From Leucoraja erinacea (Eukaryota): 64,000 bases of DNA. The DNA is taken from contig NC_073412.1 of NCBI RefSeq assembly GCF_028641065.1, positions 7,502,001 through 7,566,000 on the forward strand, written 5' to 3'. The notes under the pieces are model-generated. The model was not told where the DNA came from, searched no databases, and worked only from the letters and a program-made list of their open reading frames with translations. Position 1 is the stretch's first letter; each line of letters opens with the position of its first letter. Of the stretch, positions 10,534 to 22,400 are shown piece by piece. Position numbers and translations under genes: made by a program.

Positions 10534-13500
10534 CTGCAACACACCAAGCAAGCAAGAACATCAGCTCAAATCCAGCACCGAACACTGGGAGAGAGATTAC
10601 ACCGACCGGCACTTGTTATTTGGTAGGAAGGAGTAGATGGAGAAATAAAGTAGCCCTCCAACATGTAGGGAAAGTAGCAAGTCCGCCTGAACCTACCTGT
10701 GGACTTCTGGAGCCGCAGTCTCTGGCAGCAAGCGGCTGTTCCAGACACTCCAAGCCGCTGAATAGTGTTCTCCCGACGACCAAGTCCCATCTCCCAGCGA
10801 GAGGGCCTGAACATCGGGCCGCCGTTGCGGCAACTGCGGAGGCCTCAATAGTCACGACCATGGGTGAATAAGGAGAAGAGGACTGGACTTTGTGCCTTCC
10901 CTCACAGTGGGAACAATTGTGGGGGGATCTTTTTATGTTTTATGTTAAATTCTTCTTTAATGTGTTGTCTTACTTTTGTTGGTGTGCTGCAAATGGCAAC
11001 TCAAATTTCACTACACCAGAAATGGTGTATGTGACAATAAATGTCCTTTGTCCTTTTGATCTCCGAGTTGCTAAACACTTTAATTCTCCTTCCCATTCCC
11101 ACATTGACCTATATGTCCTAGGTCACCTCCATTGTTAGAGTGAGGCTAAACACAAACTGGAGGAACAGCATCTCATATTTTGCTTGGGCAGCTTACAGCC
11201 CAGTGGTATGAATTTTGATTTCTCCAACCTTGTAACCCAGGCATTCCCTCTCTCTCTCTATCCCCCCCCACAACCCACCCCCCACTCCACCCCATCCAAG
11301 TCGCACCAGCTTTTTATTCTCACCCACCAATGGCATGTTTCCTTCATCATTACTTTTTTTCATATCTTTCATTCATTGTTCTTAATCTCGCTACATCATC
11401 TTCTATATCTCTCGTTTCCCTTTCCCGTGACTTTCAGTCTAAAGAGGGTCTCGACCCGAAACGTCACCCATTCCTACTATCCAGAGATGCTGCCTGTCCC
11501 GTCGAGTTACTGCAGCATTTGTGTGTCTATCTTCGGTCCAAACACCCATAATCGACCTTGACTCAGGCACTGTCTGTGTGGAGTCTGCACACTCGTCCTG
11601 TGACCACATGGGTCTCCCTGAGTGCTCTGGTTACCCGCACATTTTTCCTTCCCCACCCAACCCCAATTACATTTCACGCATGATATGATGCATCCCGATA
11701 GGACCTCAATCCCGATCAGATGCTTTCTGTGTAACGGTTACCTGATTTGCTGCAGGGCCTCTGTAGTTAGAGTTCTCGTTGGAGCTCCGCCACTCTCAAA
11801 CTCCGCCTGAATTTTCCGGTATTTTATGGCTTTCCACTTTCTCTTCTCAGCCCTGCAGGTTAAGGGGAGATGCTCAGCATGATCCTTCCAAAAATCCACT
11901 TGTCAAAAAAGATCTTTTACAAACGGTACAAACTAACCATGTGTCATTGCAAACATTGTTTAAACTTTCTTTTCCGTCTGAATGATGCTTCAGAGCAGGC
12001 TATTTGTTTTGGTTCATAGAGTCGTAGAGGGATACAGCGTGGAAACAGGCCCTTCGGCCCAACTTGCCCACACTGGCCAACATGTCCCAGCTGCACTAGT
12101 CCCACCTACCCGCGTTTGGTCCATATCTCTCCAAACCTATGCTATCCGTGTACCTGTCTAACTGTTTCTTAAATCTTGGGATAGTCCCTGGCGCAACTAC
12201 CTCCTTTGGCAGCTCATTCCATACACGCACCACCCATTTGTGTGAGAAAGTTACTCCTCAGATTCCTACTAAATCCTTTCCCCTTCACCTTAAACCTATG
12301 TCCTCTTGTCCTCGATTCCCCTACTCTGGGCAAGACCCTGTGCATCTACCCGATCTATTCCTCTCATGATTTTATACACCTCTATGCAATCACCCGTCAT
12401 CCTCTTGCCCTCCAAGGAATAGAGTCCCAGCCTACTCAACTTCTCCCTATAGCTCACATCCTCAAGTCCTAGCAACATCCTCATAATTCTTCTCTGTACC
12501 TTTGTCTAATGAAGGGTCTTGACCCGAAATGTCACCCATTCCTTCTCTCCAGAAATGCTGCCTGACCCGCTGGGTTTCCCTGGCTTTTTGTGTCATTAAC
12601 TATCTGGTTCACTCTTGTCCTGAAAGGTTGGGGGGGTGGGTGTGTCCCCCAGCTACTCTTCAGCAACTCTGAATCAATCTATCCCCAACCCTCAGCAGAG
12701 TAGCTGAATCTTAATTGTGTAGAAACAAAGAACTGTAGATGCTGGTTTACGCAAAAGGACACAAAGTGCTGGAGAAGCTCAGCGGGTCAGGCAGTAATCT
12801 CTGGAGAACATGAGTCGGTGACATTTCAGGAACCCTTCTTCAGACTGAGTTTAGAGGGGAGAGGGTAAGAAAGCTGGAAGAGAGGAGGGGCAGGACAAAG
12901 CTTGGCAGGTAATTATTTCTTAATTTCACGGACATTTAAGAAAAGCCCATAAATGCAAACAACATGGATTTTTTTTCAAAAAGCCCCAGATCCCAGCAAA
13001 CTATCTAGAACAGAGAACATTAAATAATTAATCTTAGTGCTAGTTTCCTGCAGCATTGACATCAAAACATAACTGGAAGTATTTCCCTGCAAGCAAATAT
13101 TGGGAGTTTCAACAGCATCAAAACATTTGGACCAGGCTCAGTTGGTCATCTGGGTCAGCATGGAGGAGACGGGCCGAAGGGCCTGTTTCAGATCTGTAGG
13201 GCACTAAAACATAACTTGGCATGGTTTTGGTTAATTATACTGGTTAGTTTAGTTGATGCACAATTAGTTAGTTACTAAGTGAAGGGACTGTAGATGCTGG
13301 TTTACACCGTAGAGTAGATAGAAAATGCTGGAGGAGCTCTTTCTCACACATGCCTTCTCTTTATCACCCATTTATCCTCATTTCTCACCCATCCCTTCTC
13401 TTTCTCCCCCCCATCCCTTCTCTTTCTCACCCATCCCCCTTCTCTTTCTCCCCCATTCCTTCTCTCCAGAGATGCTGCTGAGTTACTCCAGTATGTTGCC

Positions 13501-13792
13501 TCTGTCCCGCTGACTCCAGCATTTAAAATACTCCAGCATTGTGTCTCTATCGTTGATTTAAACCAGCATCTGCGGCTCTTTCCTACACTACACTGCACTA
13601 CACTACACACCTGATTAACTCCTCTAGTTGCTGCTGCTCGTCGGGCTCGGCCGCTTCACCCCCGTCGTTGAACGCCCTGGTCGGCGGGGAGCCCCAGCGG
13701 CCGGGGCCGGGGTGGGCCTGGGCCTGAGCCCGGGGTCTCGGAGTGACGGCGCCCGCCCACAGGCCTCGCCTCGCCGCAGCCCACAGCCACAT
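9900..13792 (-). CDS. NGRN: neugrin; 3 coding exons 13611-13792, 11742-11852, 9900-10533; 308 aa
   Basis: Neugrin domain ...KAIKYRKIQAEFESGGAPTRTLTTEALQQIR-FLKAQFPEEWSVSQLAEGFSVSEDVIRRVLRSRFVPS and C-terminal EFYDQDGNFLYRI; 182+111+634=927 nt; Arg/Ala-rich N-terminus resembling a mitochondrial presequence. Confidence 0.93.
11058..11537 (+). mobile_element. Penelope-like element 3' remnant (endonuclease C-terminus, UTR, degenerate hammerhead module)
   Basis: VAKHFNSPSHS...LEEQHLIFCLGSLQPSGMNFDFSN followed by the terminal module with GGGTCTCGACCCGAAACGTC. Confidence 0.8.
11742..11852 (-). CDS. NGRN: NGRN exon 2
   Basis: 111-nt phase 2/2 exon AEKRKWKAIKYRKIQAEFESGGAPTRTLTTEALQQI. Confidence 0.92.
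12015..12500 (-). mobile_element. CR1-like LINE 3' fragment (second subfamily)
   Basis: RMLLGLEDVSYREKLSRLGLYSLE..VYKIMRGIDRVD; CTATGA-type tail; related pieces at 7380-7650 and 30065-30540. Confidence 0.82.
13611..13792 (-). CDS. NGRN: NGRN exon 1 (coding part)
   Basis: CpG-rich; MWLWAAARRGLWAG...EPDEQQQLEELI; phase-2 GT donor matches exon 2. Confidence 0.85.
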
Positions 13793-14101
13793 CAGTGCCG
13801 CGGCCCCAGCTCCAGCTGCAGCACAATGGTTCCGCTCTTCAACTGGTCCCGTCTCTTGCTGCCTGACTGAGCTTTGTTGGTGTGTGGGAGGGGAACTGCA
13901 GGTGCTGTTTTACACCGAAGAAAGACACAAAGTGCTGGAGTAACTCAGCGGGGACAGGCAGCATCTCTGGAGAGAAGGAATGTGTGACGTTTCTGGTCGA
14001 GACCCTTCTTCAGATTAGTCAAATGCAAAGATTATATTGTAGTCTTTGCATCCGTCAAAATATAATCTATGGTCAGATGAAAGGAAACAAGAGATCTAGA
14101 C

Positions 14102-14836
14102 CGAGTGCCCCCAACCTGGGGTAAATTTACCCTCAGGGGTAATTCAGGGGGTAAATGCATTTCGTTGTCTCTGTACTGTACACTGACAATGACAATTAAA
14201 ATTGAATCTGAATCTGAAATTTCAGTATTTCACCTACCAGGGGGTAAATTTGTTGATTCTGAATTTACACATATTTTTTTCACACAAGAGAGTGGTGAAT
14301 CTGTGGAATTCTCTGCCACAGAAGGTAATTGAGGCCACACAGTTCATTGGCTATATTTGTTTAGTAGAGTGTAGAGTGTTTAATTTAATTTGTTCATGAT
14401 ATATGTATTTTTATTTCTATTTATTTGTTGTTATTTGTACTGCACACTGAATGGACACTGGTTGAGCAACGTTTTTTTGTTTCCTCTGGGTATGTGAGTA
14501 CTCAGGAAAATGACAATAAAGATATACTGATACTGATATTTAAGAGGGAGTTAGATGTGGCCCTAGTGGCTAAAGGGATCAGGGGGTATGGAGAGAAGGC
14601 AGGTACAGGATACTGAGTTGATCAGCCATGATCATATCGAATGGCGGTGCAGGCTTGAAGGGCCGAATGGCCTACTCCTGCACCTTTTTTCTATGTTTCT
14701 CATTGAATGGCTGTGTTTGGTTCTGGTATACCAATATATGTTCATCATTACTTGTTCATAAATAAGTTAAATAGCATTGTTATGTGCTATTAAAGTTGCC
14801 AGGGGTAAACGGGACGAAAAAGGCTGGGAACCCCTG
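14102..14836. mobile_element. hAT-like MITE containing nested LINE fragments
   Basis: Right end GGGAACCCCTG, degenerate left end, 7/8 TSD ATCTAGAC/ATCTAGAA; interior holds a Rex-type tail (14155-14218) and CR1 pieces. Confidence 0.6.
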
Positions 14837-15788
14837 ATCTAGAAGGTGATGTAGAGAGATCATTCTTTGTTCTTTATCTCTCTACATCATCAATCTCTAC
14901 ACCATCATTCAATGTGATCAAGGCTGATCTTCCTCAATCAGTACCCCGTTCCTGCCTTCTCCCCATATCCCCTGACTCCGCTATCTTTAAGAGCCGTATC
15001 TAACTTTCTCTTGAAAGTATCCAGACTTGCAGTGGTTAATTTGGCTCTGTAAATGGCCCCTTGTGTGTAGGATGTGAATGCATGGATGACATGGAACTAG
15101 TATGAATAGGTGATCAATGGTCAGCTTAGACTTTAAGTGGGCCAAAGGGCCTTTTTCGCTGCTATATCTTTATACTATGGTGCAATCTGAAAAAGAAAAT
15201 GCAATAATGAAATAATTGATTGTCGATTAAAATTATTTGCCATCTTGTCCAGGAAGCAGGTGTGCAGGAGGTGATTAGTTTGGGGATCTGATAGCCATGG
15301 GCAGGCTTTTTCTGTTACGGTACATGCCAGTACTGGCACCTCTGGAAAGTTAAACATCATTATTTTGTTTTTTCGCAATGTGTTCATTAATCGTGCATTC
15401 GGGCACCAGCGGTGGAGGCCATCAACAATATCACCTGGCCAGGCCAACCCCAGGTCAACGGGCCTTTATGGCCAAAATAAAACTCTAACATTTGAACAAT
15501 TCTGAACTCGAGGGGTACAAGATGCTGCCAGGAAAATGGCAACTCTCGTGTACTACCTCAATGTAATCTACTATCCTTTTTTAATTTTTTTAATTAGATG
15601 TACAATAAGTTACAGTAGTACAAGCCACATATATCTTATTGCATTTGTTGTACCCCTTCATTTTTTGAGCTTTAAGAAAGATAGAAATAAAGGAAGTATA
15701 GAAAGTGAGAGAGAGAATCGTGAAGGTACGAGAGAGTGTTGGAAAAAAAGCCCATTAAAGAAAGAGTTAGAGAAGAAAATTAAGGGAA

Positions 15789-15925
15789 NNNNNNNNNNNN
15801 NNNNNNNNNNNNNNNNNNNNNNNNNNNNNNNNNNNNNNNNNNNNNNNNNNNNNNNNNNNNNNNNNNNNNNNNNNNNNNNNNNNNNNNNNNNNNNNNNNNN
15901 NNNNNNNNNNNNNNNNNNNNNNNNN
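15789..15925. other. assembly gap (137 N)
   Basis: Run of N. Confidence 1.
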
Positions 15926-17750
15926 AAAAAACATGCAAAAAGGGATATACCAACTTTTATATATTTTTCATCCCCCAATACCAGATCCTGGCACCATTTA
16001 TTTTTTTAATTACTGTTGCACCTTATACTGTAATTTACTATCCTTAAGGGCCTGTCCCACTTACGTGACCTTTACGGGTGACTGCTGTGACCCCTTGATA
16101 GGTTTCCGGAATTTTCAACATTTAAAATTCCGGGGCGACCAGAAAGACACTATGACTCTTTGGCGACCTTTCACGACCATAGGAGACCTCTCAAGACCAT
16201 ACAGGTAACCCCTGGCGACATGTCACAGGTGACCTCTCACGACCTATCACGGGTCGCGGCAGTCGCCTGTAAAGGTCGCGTAAAGTACCCCTGCACTTCT
16301 AGTCCAAAGTCTACAGATGGGATACTTAGATGTGCATTGGAGGAATACCAGAGCTGTTCAACTAATCAGGCAGAAACAATATGGAAAATTATTTAAAGCT
16401 GTGAGAATTCTCATCTGAGTCATTACAGGTCTCAAAATAAAATTAGATGTCAAATTATGATATTAGAAACAGTTTTTAAACAGTGTCCCAATGCATGATA
16501 TGTCCTCCTCCACAGGCCACCAAATAAATGTGATATATATTTCTGTGTGGATGCGTCAACATTTGACATGATCTCATTTTAGTTTTGAGACCCGCAATGG
16601 CTCAGTGATGAGAATTGCAGATGCTGGTTTAAACCAAAGATAGACGCAAAATGCTGGAGTAACTCAGTTGTTAATGTGCTTCAATCAATTACAACATCCC
16701 CTGGTTGATAAAAATTTAAGGTTACAGCACTGTAATCATAAGGTCATATGATTACAATACGAGTAGAATTAGGCCATTTGGCCCATCCAGTCTACTCCGC
16801 CATTCAAACATGGCCGACCCATCTCTCCCTCCTAACCCAATTCTCCTGCCTTCTCCCCATAACCTCAGACACCTGTACTAATCAAGACATACAATGATGG
16901 ACAGGATACACAAGGGATGTGGGCTGCTTCGGTGAATAGACAAATTAGCCCCTCAAGCCTTTTTGCTGTTTAATTAAAATATGACGTTATGCATTTGAAC
17001 ACCATTTATAAACACAAAATGCTGGAGTAACTCAACGGGCCAGGCATCATCACTGACCTGACCCGCTGAATTACTCCAGCATTTCCAGTCTATTTTCGGT
17101 AGTAATGCACCATCTGCAGTTCCTTCCTAAATATTTAAACACCATGTACCTTACCTTGATTCCATAACTTTGCAAACCTTGTTTTTTTCTTTCTCGTTTA
17201 TCATATTGTTTACTATGTTTACATATTCTGTTGTGCTGCTGCAAGTAAGAATATCATTGTTCTATCTGGGATATGTGACAATAAAATGAAGAAGGGTTTC
17301 GACCTGAAACGTTGCCTATTTCCTTCGCTCCATAGATGCTGCTGCACCCGCTGAGTTTCTCCAGCATTTTTGTCTACCTACTGAGAATAAAACACTACTG
17401 TCTCTTGAACTCTGCCTGAATCGATGGATGGGTAGCCGATATCAGAATAAGTCGAACTATGTAAATTTGAACACTTGCCTTGAAGCATGGAGCTTCAGGC
17501 TACTTTCAATCAACTTAAACTGCAATCTTCTGCCGTTTTAATGATTTTTCTATATTGATCACAGCATCGCCTGCTGGGCAGATAGATGGACACTGTGACA
17601 ACTCACTACAGCCCTCAGTGTTTCTGTCACCAGGCATCTGAATAAGCATTCCAAGTTTGCCAGGAGATCAGCTGACAGCAAAAAGACACTTCTCACACTT
17701 TTTGTCTTCTCATCTCTGGCGTTTATTCAAGCATCTGCCTATCATACTCC

Positions 17751-17782
<32 letters not shown>

Positions 17783-17932
17783 ACCTGTATCCACCTATCA
17801 CTCGCTCGGTTTTGTCGTGCCCCCACCTCTCATCCAGTTTTATCCTCTCCCACCATCAGTCTGAAGAAGGGTCCCGACTGGAAACGTCACCTATCCATGA
17901 TCTCCAGAGATGCTGCCTGACCCGCTTAGTTA

Positions 17933-18160
17933 ATGCCCCTGTCCCACTTAGGGAACCTGAACGGAAACCTCTGGAGACTTTGTGCCCCACCCAAGGTTTC
18001 TGTGTGGTTCCCGGAGGTTACAGGTGATTGCCGGAGGTTGCAGGTAGTGGAAGCACATAGGGAGACTGACAAAAACCTCCGGGAACCGCACGGAAACCTT
18101 GGATGGGGCGCAAAGTCTTCAGAGGTTTCCATTCAGGTTTCCTAAGTGGGACAGGGGCAT
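17933..18160. mobile_element. palindromic MITE (TIR ATGCCCCTGTCCCACTTAG..., TA target duplication)
   Basis: ~80-bp inverted arms; removing it restores the host repeat GTTACTCCAG; sister copy at 24815-25056. Confidence 0.85.
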
Positions 18161-18174
18161 TACTCCAGTGTTTA

Positions 18175-18484
18175 ATTTGGTTTAGTTTAGAGATACAGCG
18201 CGGAAACAGGCCCTTCAGCTCACTGGGTCCGCGCCGACCAGCGATCCCCGCGTATTAATACTATCCTACACCCGCTAGGGACAATTTTTCAATTTACCAA
18301 GCCAATTAACCTACATACCTGCACGTCTTTGGAGCGTGGGAGGAAACCGAAGATCTCGGAGAAAACCCACGCAGGTCACAGGGAGAACGTACAAACTCCG
18401 TATAGACAGCACCCGTAGTCGGGATCGAACCCGGGTCTCCGGCGCTGCAAGCACGGTAAGGCAGCAACTCTACCGCTGCGCCAC
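18175..18484 (-). mobile_element. HE1-like SINE
   Basis: Near full-length, with A/B-box-like head and (CTAAA)n tail. Confidence 0.85.
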
Positions 18485-18547
18485 AATGTTGTTACTGGGT
18501 TACTCCAGTTACTCTTCTGTTGTTTTAATTTAGCAAAATGAAAGTAC

Positions 18548-18587
18548 TTTATTTAGACAACAATTAAAAAACATACCATTTTTTATT
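18548..18587 (-). terminator. candidate TTLL13 polyadenylation signals
   Basis: AATAAA on minus at 18582-18587 and 18548-18553, ~0.7 kb after the predicted stop. Confidence 0.5.
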
Positions 18588-19090
18588 GATTTGGCTTACT
18601 TTGCGAAACATTTAGAAAAGCATTTATAGATTTTGTTCAACAAATAGACAAACTGTGCGCCCTCCCCTCCCCTCCCGCCCCGCATTGTTGAGTGCCCTTC
18701 CAGTCACACCCAGCGCAGTAACCTCCAACAGGAAATCTTTTCTGTTCTCTTCTCACTCTGCGATCAGATCCCAGGGCACTTTTTCCTCACCCCACCCTGA
18801 AGTGAAGGAACTTTAAATGGCAAAAACGTCATCAGGCAATGAAACAGTTCTCAGGGTTGTAGTGGAAAGGAAATCCAGCAGTGATCTGTGTCTCGGGATC
18901 AATTCAGTCGCCTGACAGGGAAGAATAGGCAAAAGTTGTTACTGACAATCTCCCAAAGTCATTCATTTTCTCTGCACAGTTATACTTTGGCTACCCTCCT
19001 CCCCGACAAACAGTCTGAAGATGAGGGTACACAAAAATGCTGGAGAAACTCAGCGGGTGCAGCAGCATCTATGGAGCGAAGGAAATAGGC

Positions 19091-19118
19091 AACGTTTCGG
19101 GCCGAAACCCTTCTTCAG
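19091..19118 (-). ncRNA. minimal hammerhead ribozyme core
   Basis: CTGAAGA-A-GGGT-TTCG-GCCC-GAAACGTT: UUCG-capped stem II, GUU triplet. Confidence 0.7.
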
Positions 19119-19259
19119 ACTGAAGATGAGTCCCAAGCCAAAACGTCACCCATCCATGTTCTCCAGTGATGCTGCATGATCCGCCGAGTTACTCCAGCAC
19201 TTTGTGTCTTTACTTTGCTACAGATTTGCTGCAATTGCCTTCTTCAACTAGGGCACAGA

Positions 19260-19404
19260 TCACAGGACACTGACACAATCCTGCCAGCCGATAGCTTTGG
19301 CAATCCCTCTGATACCCCTGGAGTTGGATAGTCTGGTATCGTTCATTACACAGGACGCAGATGTTTGAAAAGTTCCCCGAGAAGCTGATGGAGGTTTGGG
19401 GAAA
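19260..19404 (-). CDS. TTLL13: TTLL13 predicted last coding exon
   Basis: TTTGTCTTCAG acceptor, phase 2 fits previous donor; FPKPPSASRG...DCVSVL then TGA. Confidence 0.6.
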
Positions 19405-22400
19405 CTGAAGACAAAGCTACTTTCCCCATCTCCCACTCCTCCAATGTTTTCAATCGTGGAATGTGGATATCGCTGGCAATATTGGTATTGATTATCCACC
19501 CACAATTACCCCTGTATCAGCGGTGAATGCTAACATTCATAGCAAAAAGATTTGAGTATAAGAGCAGGGAGGTTCTACTGCAGTTGTACAGGGTCTTGGT
19601 GAGACCACACCTGGAGTATTGCGTACAGATTTGGTCTCCTAATCTGAGGAAAGACATTCTTGCCATAGAGGGAGTACAGAGACGGTTCACCAGACTGATT
19701 CCTGGGATGGCAGGACTTTCATATGAAGAAAGACTGGATAGACTCGGCTCATACTCGCTAGAATTTAGAAGATTGAGGGGGATCTTATAGAAACTTACAA
19801 AATTCTTAAGGGGTTGGACAGGCTAGATGCAGGAAGATTATTCCCGATGTTGGGGAAGTCCAGAACAAGGGGTCATAGTTTGAGGATAAGGGGGAAGTCT
19901 TTTAGGACTGAAATGAGAAAAAAACATTTTTAACACAGAGAGTGGTTAATCTGTGGAATTCTCTGCCACAGAAGGTAGTTGAGGCCAGTTCATTGGCTAT
20001 ATTTAAGAGTCAGTTAGATGTGGCCCTTGTGGCTAAAGGGATCAGGGGGTATGGAGAGAAGGCAGGTACAGGATACTGAGTTGGATGATCAGCCATGATC
20101 ATATTGAATGGCGGTGCAGGCTCGAAGGGCTGAATGGCCTACTCCTGCACCTATTTTCTATGTTTCACATCACTGTACAGACAATAGATTTCTGTCCCTG
20201 CCAAACATCGGTGAGAGAGATATTTTTTATGGATGTATCTGTATTTTCAGTCCACATTGAACAATATTGATTCAATATTGAATACAGCCCTTCCTAATTA
20301 ACTTCTGCATGTTCCAGTCTAGTACCATCAAAATATTGTCCCGCTGAGTTACTCCAGCTTTTTGTGTCTACCTAATACCATCAAAGTTGGCCTTCTTGCC
20401 CCAAATAAGGATTTCAACTTTTGGACATAACTCCTTTTCCATAACTATTTAAAAACAATACAACATAGTACTGGTCCCAAAGTGCTCCTCCACCAATACT
20501 TCAGTCACCTGCCCTTCCTTATTTCCCCAGACGTGGTCAAGTATTGCCCCTTCTCTAGTAGGCCCAATTATATTTAGTTTTGAGTTTGAGGGATACAGCA
20601 TGGAAGCAGGCCCTTCGGCCCACCGAGTCTTTGCCAACCAGCGATCCCTGTACACTAGTTCTACCCAACACACGAGGGACAATTTACAGAAGCCAATCAA
20701 CCTTCAAACCTGCACGTCTTTGGAATTTGGGAAGAAACCGGAAAACCTGGATAAAATCCACGTAGTCACAGGGAGAACCGTTTAATAGATTACGGTGCTG
20801 GCTCGAAGGGCCGAATGGCCTCCTCCTGCACCTATTTTCTATGTTTCTAACATACAAACTTCGTATAGACAGCACCTGTACTCAGGATCGAACTCGGTTT
20901 GAGAAAAGTTTCCTGAAATCACTTAATAAATTCCTCCCTAATTTTAAGAATAAGGAGTAAGCCATTTATTGCAGCTGTTTGTGTCTATCTTCAAATAATC
21001 AAATGGCAAATGGTAAATAAGCCATTTAGAACTGAGACGAGGAAACACTTTTTCTCACAGAGAGTGGTGAGTCTGTGGAATTCTCTGCCTCATAGGGCGG
21101 TGGAGGCAGGTTTTCTGGATGCTTTCAAGAGAGAGCTAGATACGGCTCTTAAAAATAGCAGAGTCAGGGGGAGAAGGCAGGAACGGGGTACTGATTGTGG
21201 ATGATCAGCCATGATCACATTGAATAGCGGTGCTGGCTCGAAGAGCCAAATGGCCTACTCCTGCACCTATTGTCTATTGTCTAATCAAGCCCTTTGCATT
21301 ATGGCAGTCACAGTCAAAACATAAACCCCATTATGACCAACATATTCTTGCAATTAAATGTTGATCACCATTAATATCAGAGTTGCAAGACTAAACGTTT
21401 CCACATGCAGCACTCTCACTGAAAGTACTTTAAGATTTACCTGCTGATGTCAGACTGAAATAAGCTCAGGAAGTTTGTACGTCTTGTTAGGTGCGCTCGC
21501 TGGTTCATAGGGGCTCGGGCTGAGATCACCGTTAGCTCGTGGTTTGAAGGGTTGATGGTGTTGATCTTCATGTTCCACATGTTGGTGCTGTTGCTCGTGC
21601 CATTCATTCGCACCCTGCTCACTGCACTGCTCTGGCTCGCTCCCCGCGGGTCTTTAGATTGCAGGAGCGATGTGTCTGTGCAGAAGCACACTGTAATCAA
21701 TGGACTCCTCTCTCCCCACAACCCCACTGCCTCTATCTTGGACTCTGTACCTCCCAGGATCTGGCTGCTCTCCAGTCTCAGATTATTAATACATTTTATA
21801 TTACATATTTATCACAGTACTTTGTTTAGTTTAGAGATATAGCATGGAAACAGGCCTTTCAGCCCATCTAGTCCACGCCGACCATCAATCACCCATTCAT
21901 GTTCTCCCACTTTCCCATTCCCTACACACTAGGGACAATTTACAGAGGCCAATTAACCTACAAAACCCGCTTGCCTCTGGGAAGTGGCAGGAAACCCATA
22001 CAGTCACAGGGACATCATGCAAACTCCACACAGACACAAAGTACTGGAGTAACTCATCGGGTCAGGCAGCATCTCTGGAGAACATGGATAGGTGACGTCT
22101 GTGGTCAGGTTTGAGAATCAGTCTGAAGAAGGGTCCCGACCTGAAACATCACCTGTCCATGTTCTCCAGGGATGTTGACTCACCCGCTGAGTTACTCCAG
22201 AACTTTGTCTCTTTTTTTTTGTAAATCAGCATCTACAATTCCTTGTGTCTACTTCTTTGGAGGAGGTAGTTTGAACTGTGTTGCTCCAGGATCCTACTTT
22301 TTCACCTTTAAGGGTATGTCCCACTTTTCCCGAGCTGCTCACGAATTCTCCCGAGTTTTCCCCTTCATTCAAACTCGGAGAATGTTGGTAACGGGGTCCG

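Noticed and set aside
15536-16009. ORFs spanning the N run
   Set aside because: Artefacts of the assembly gap.
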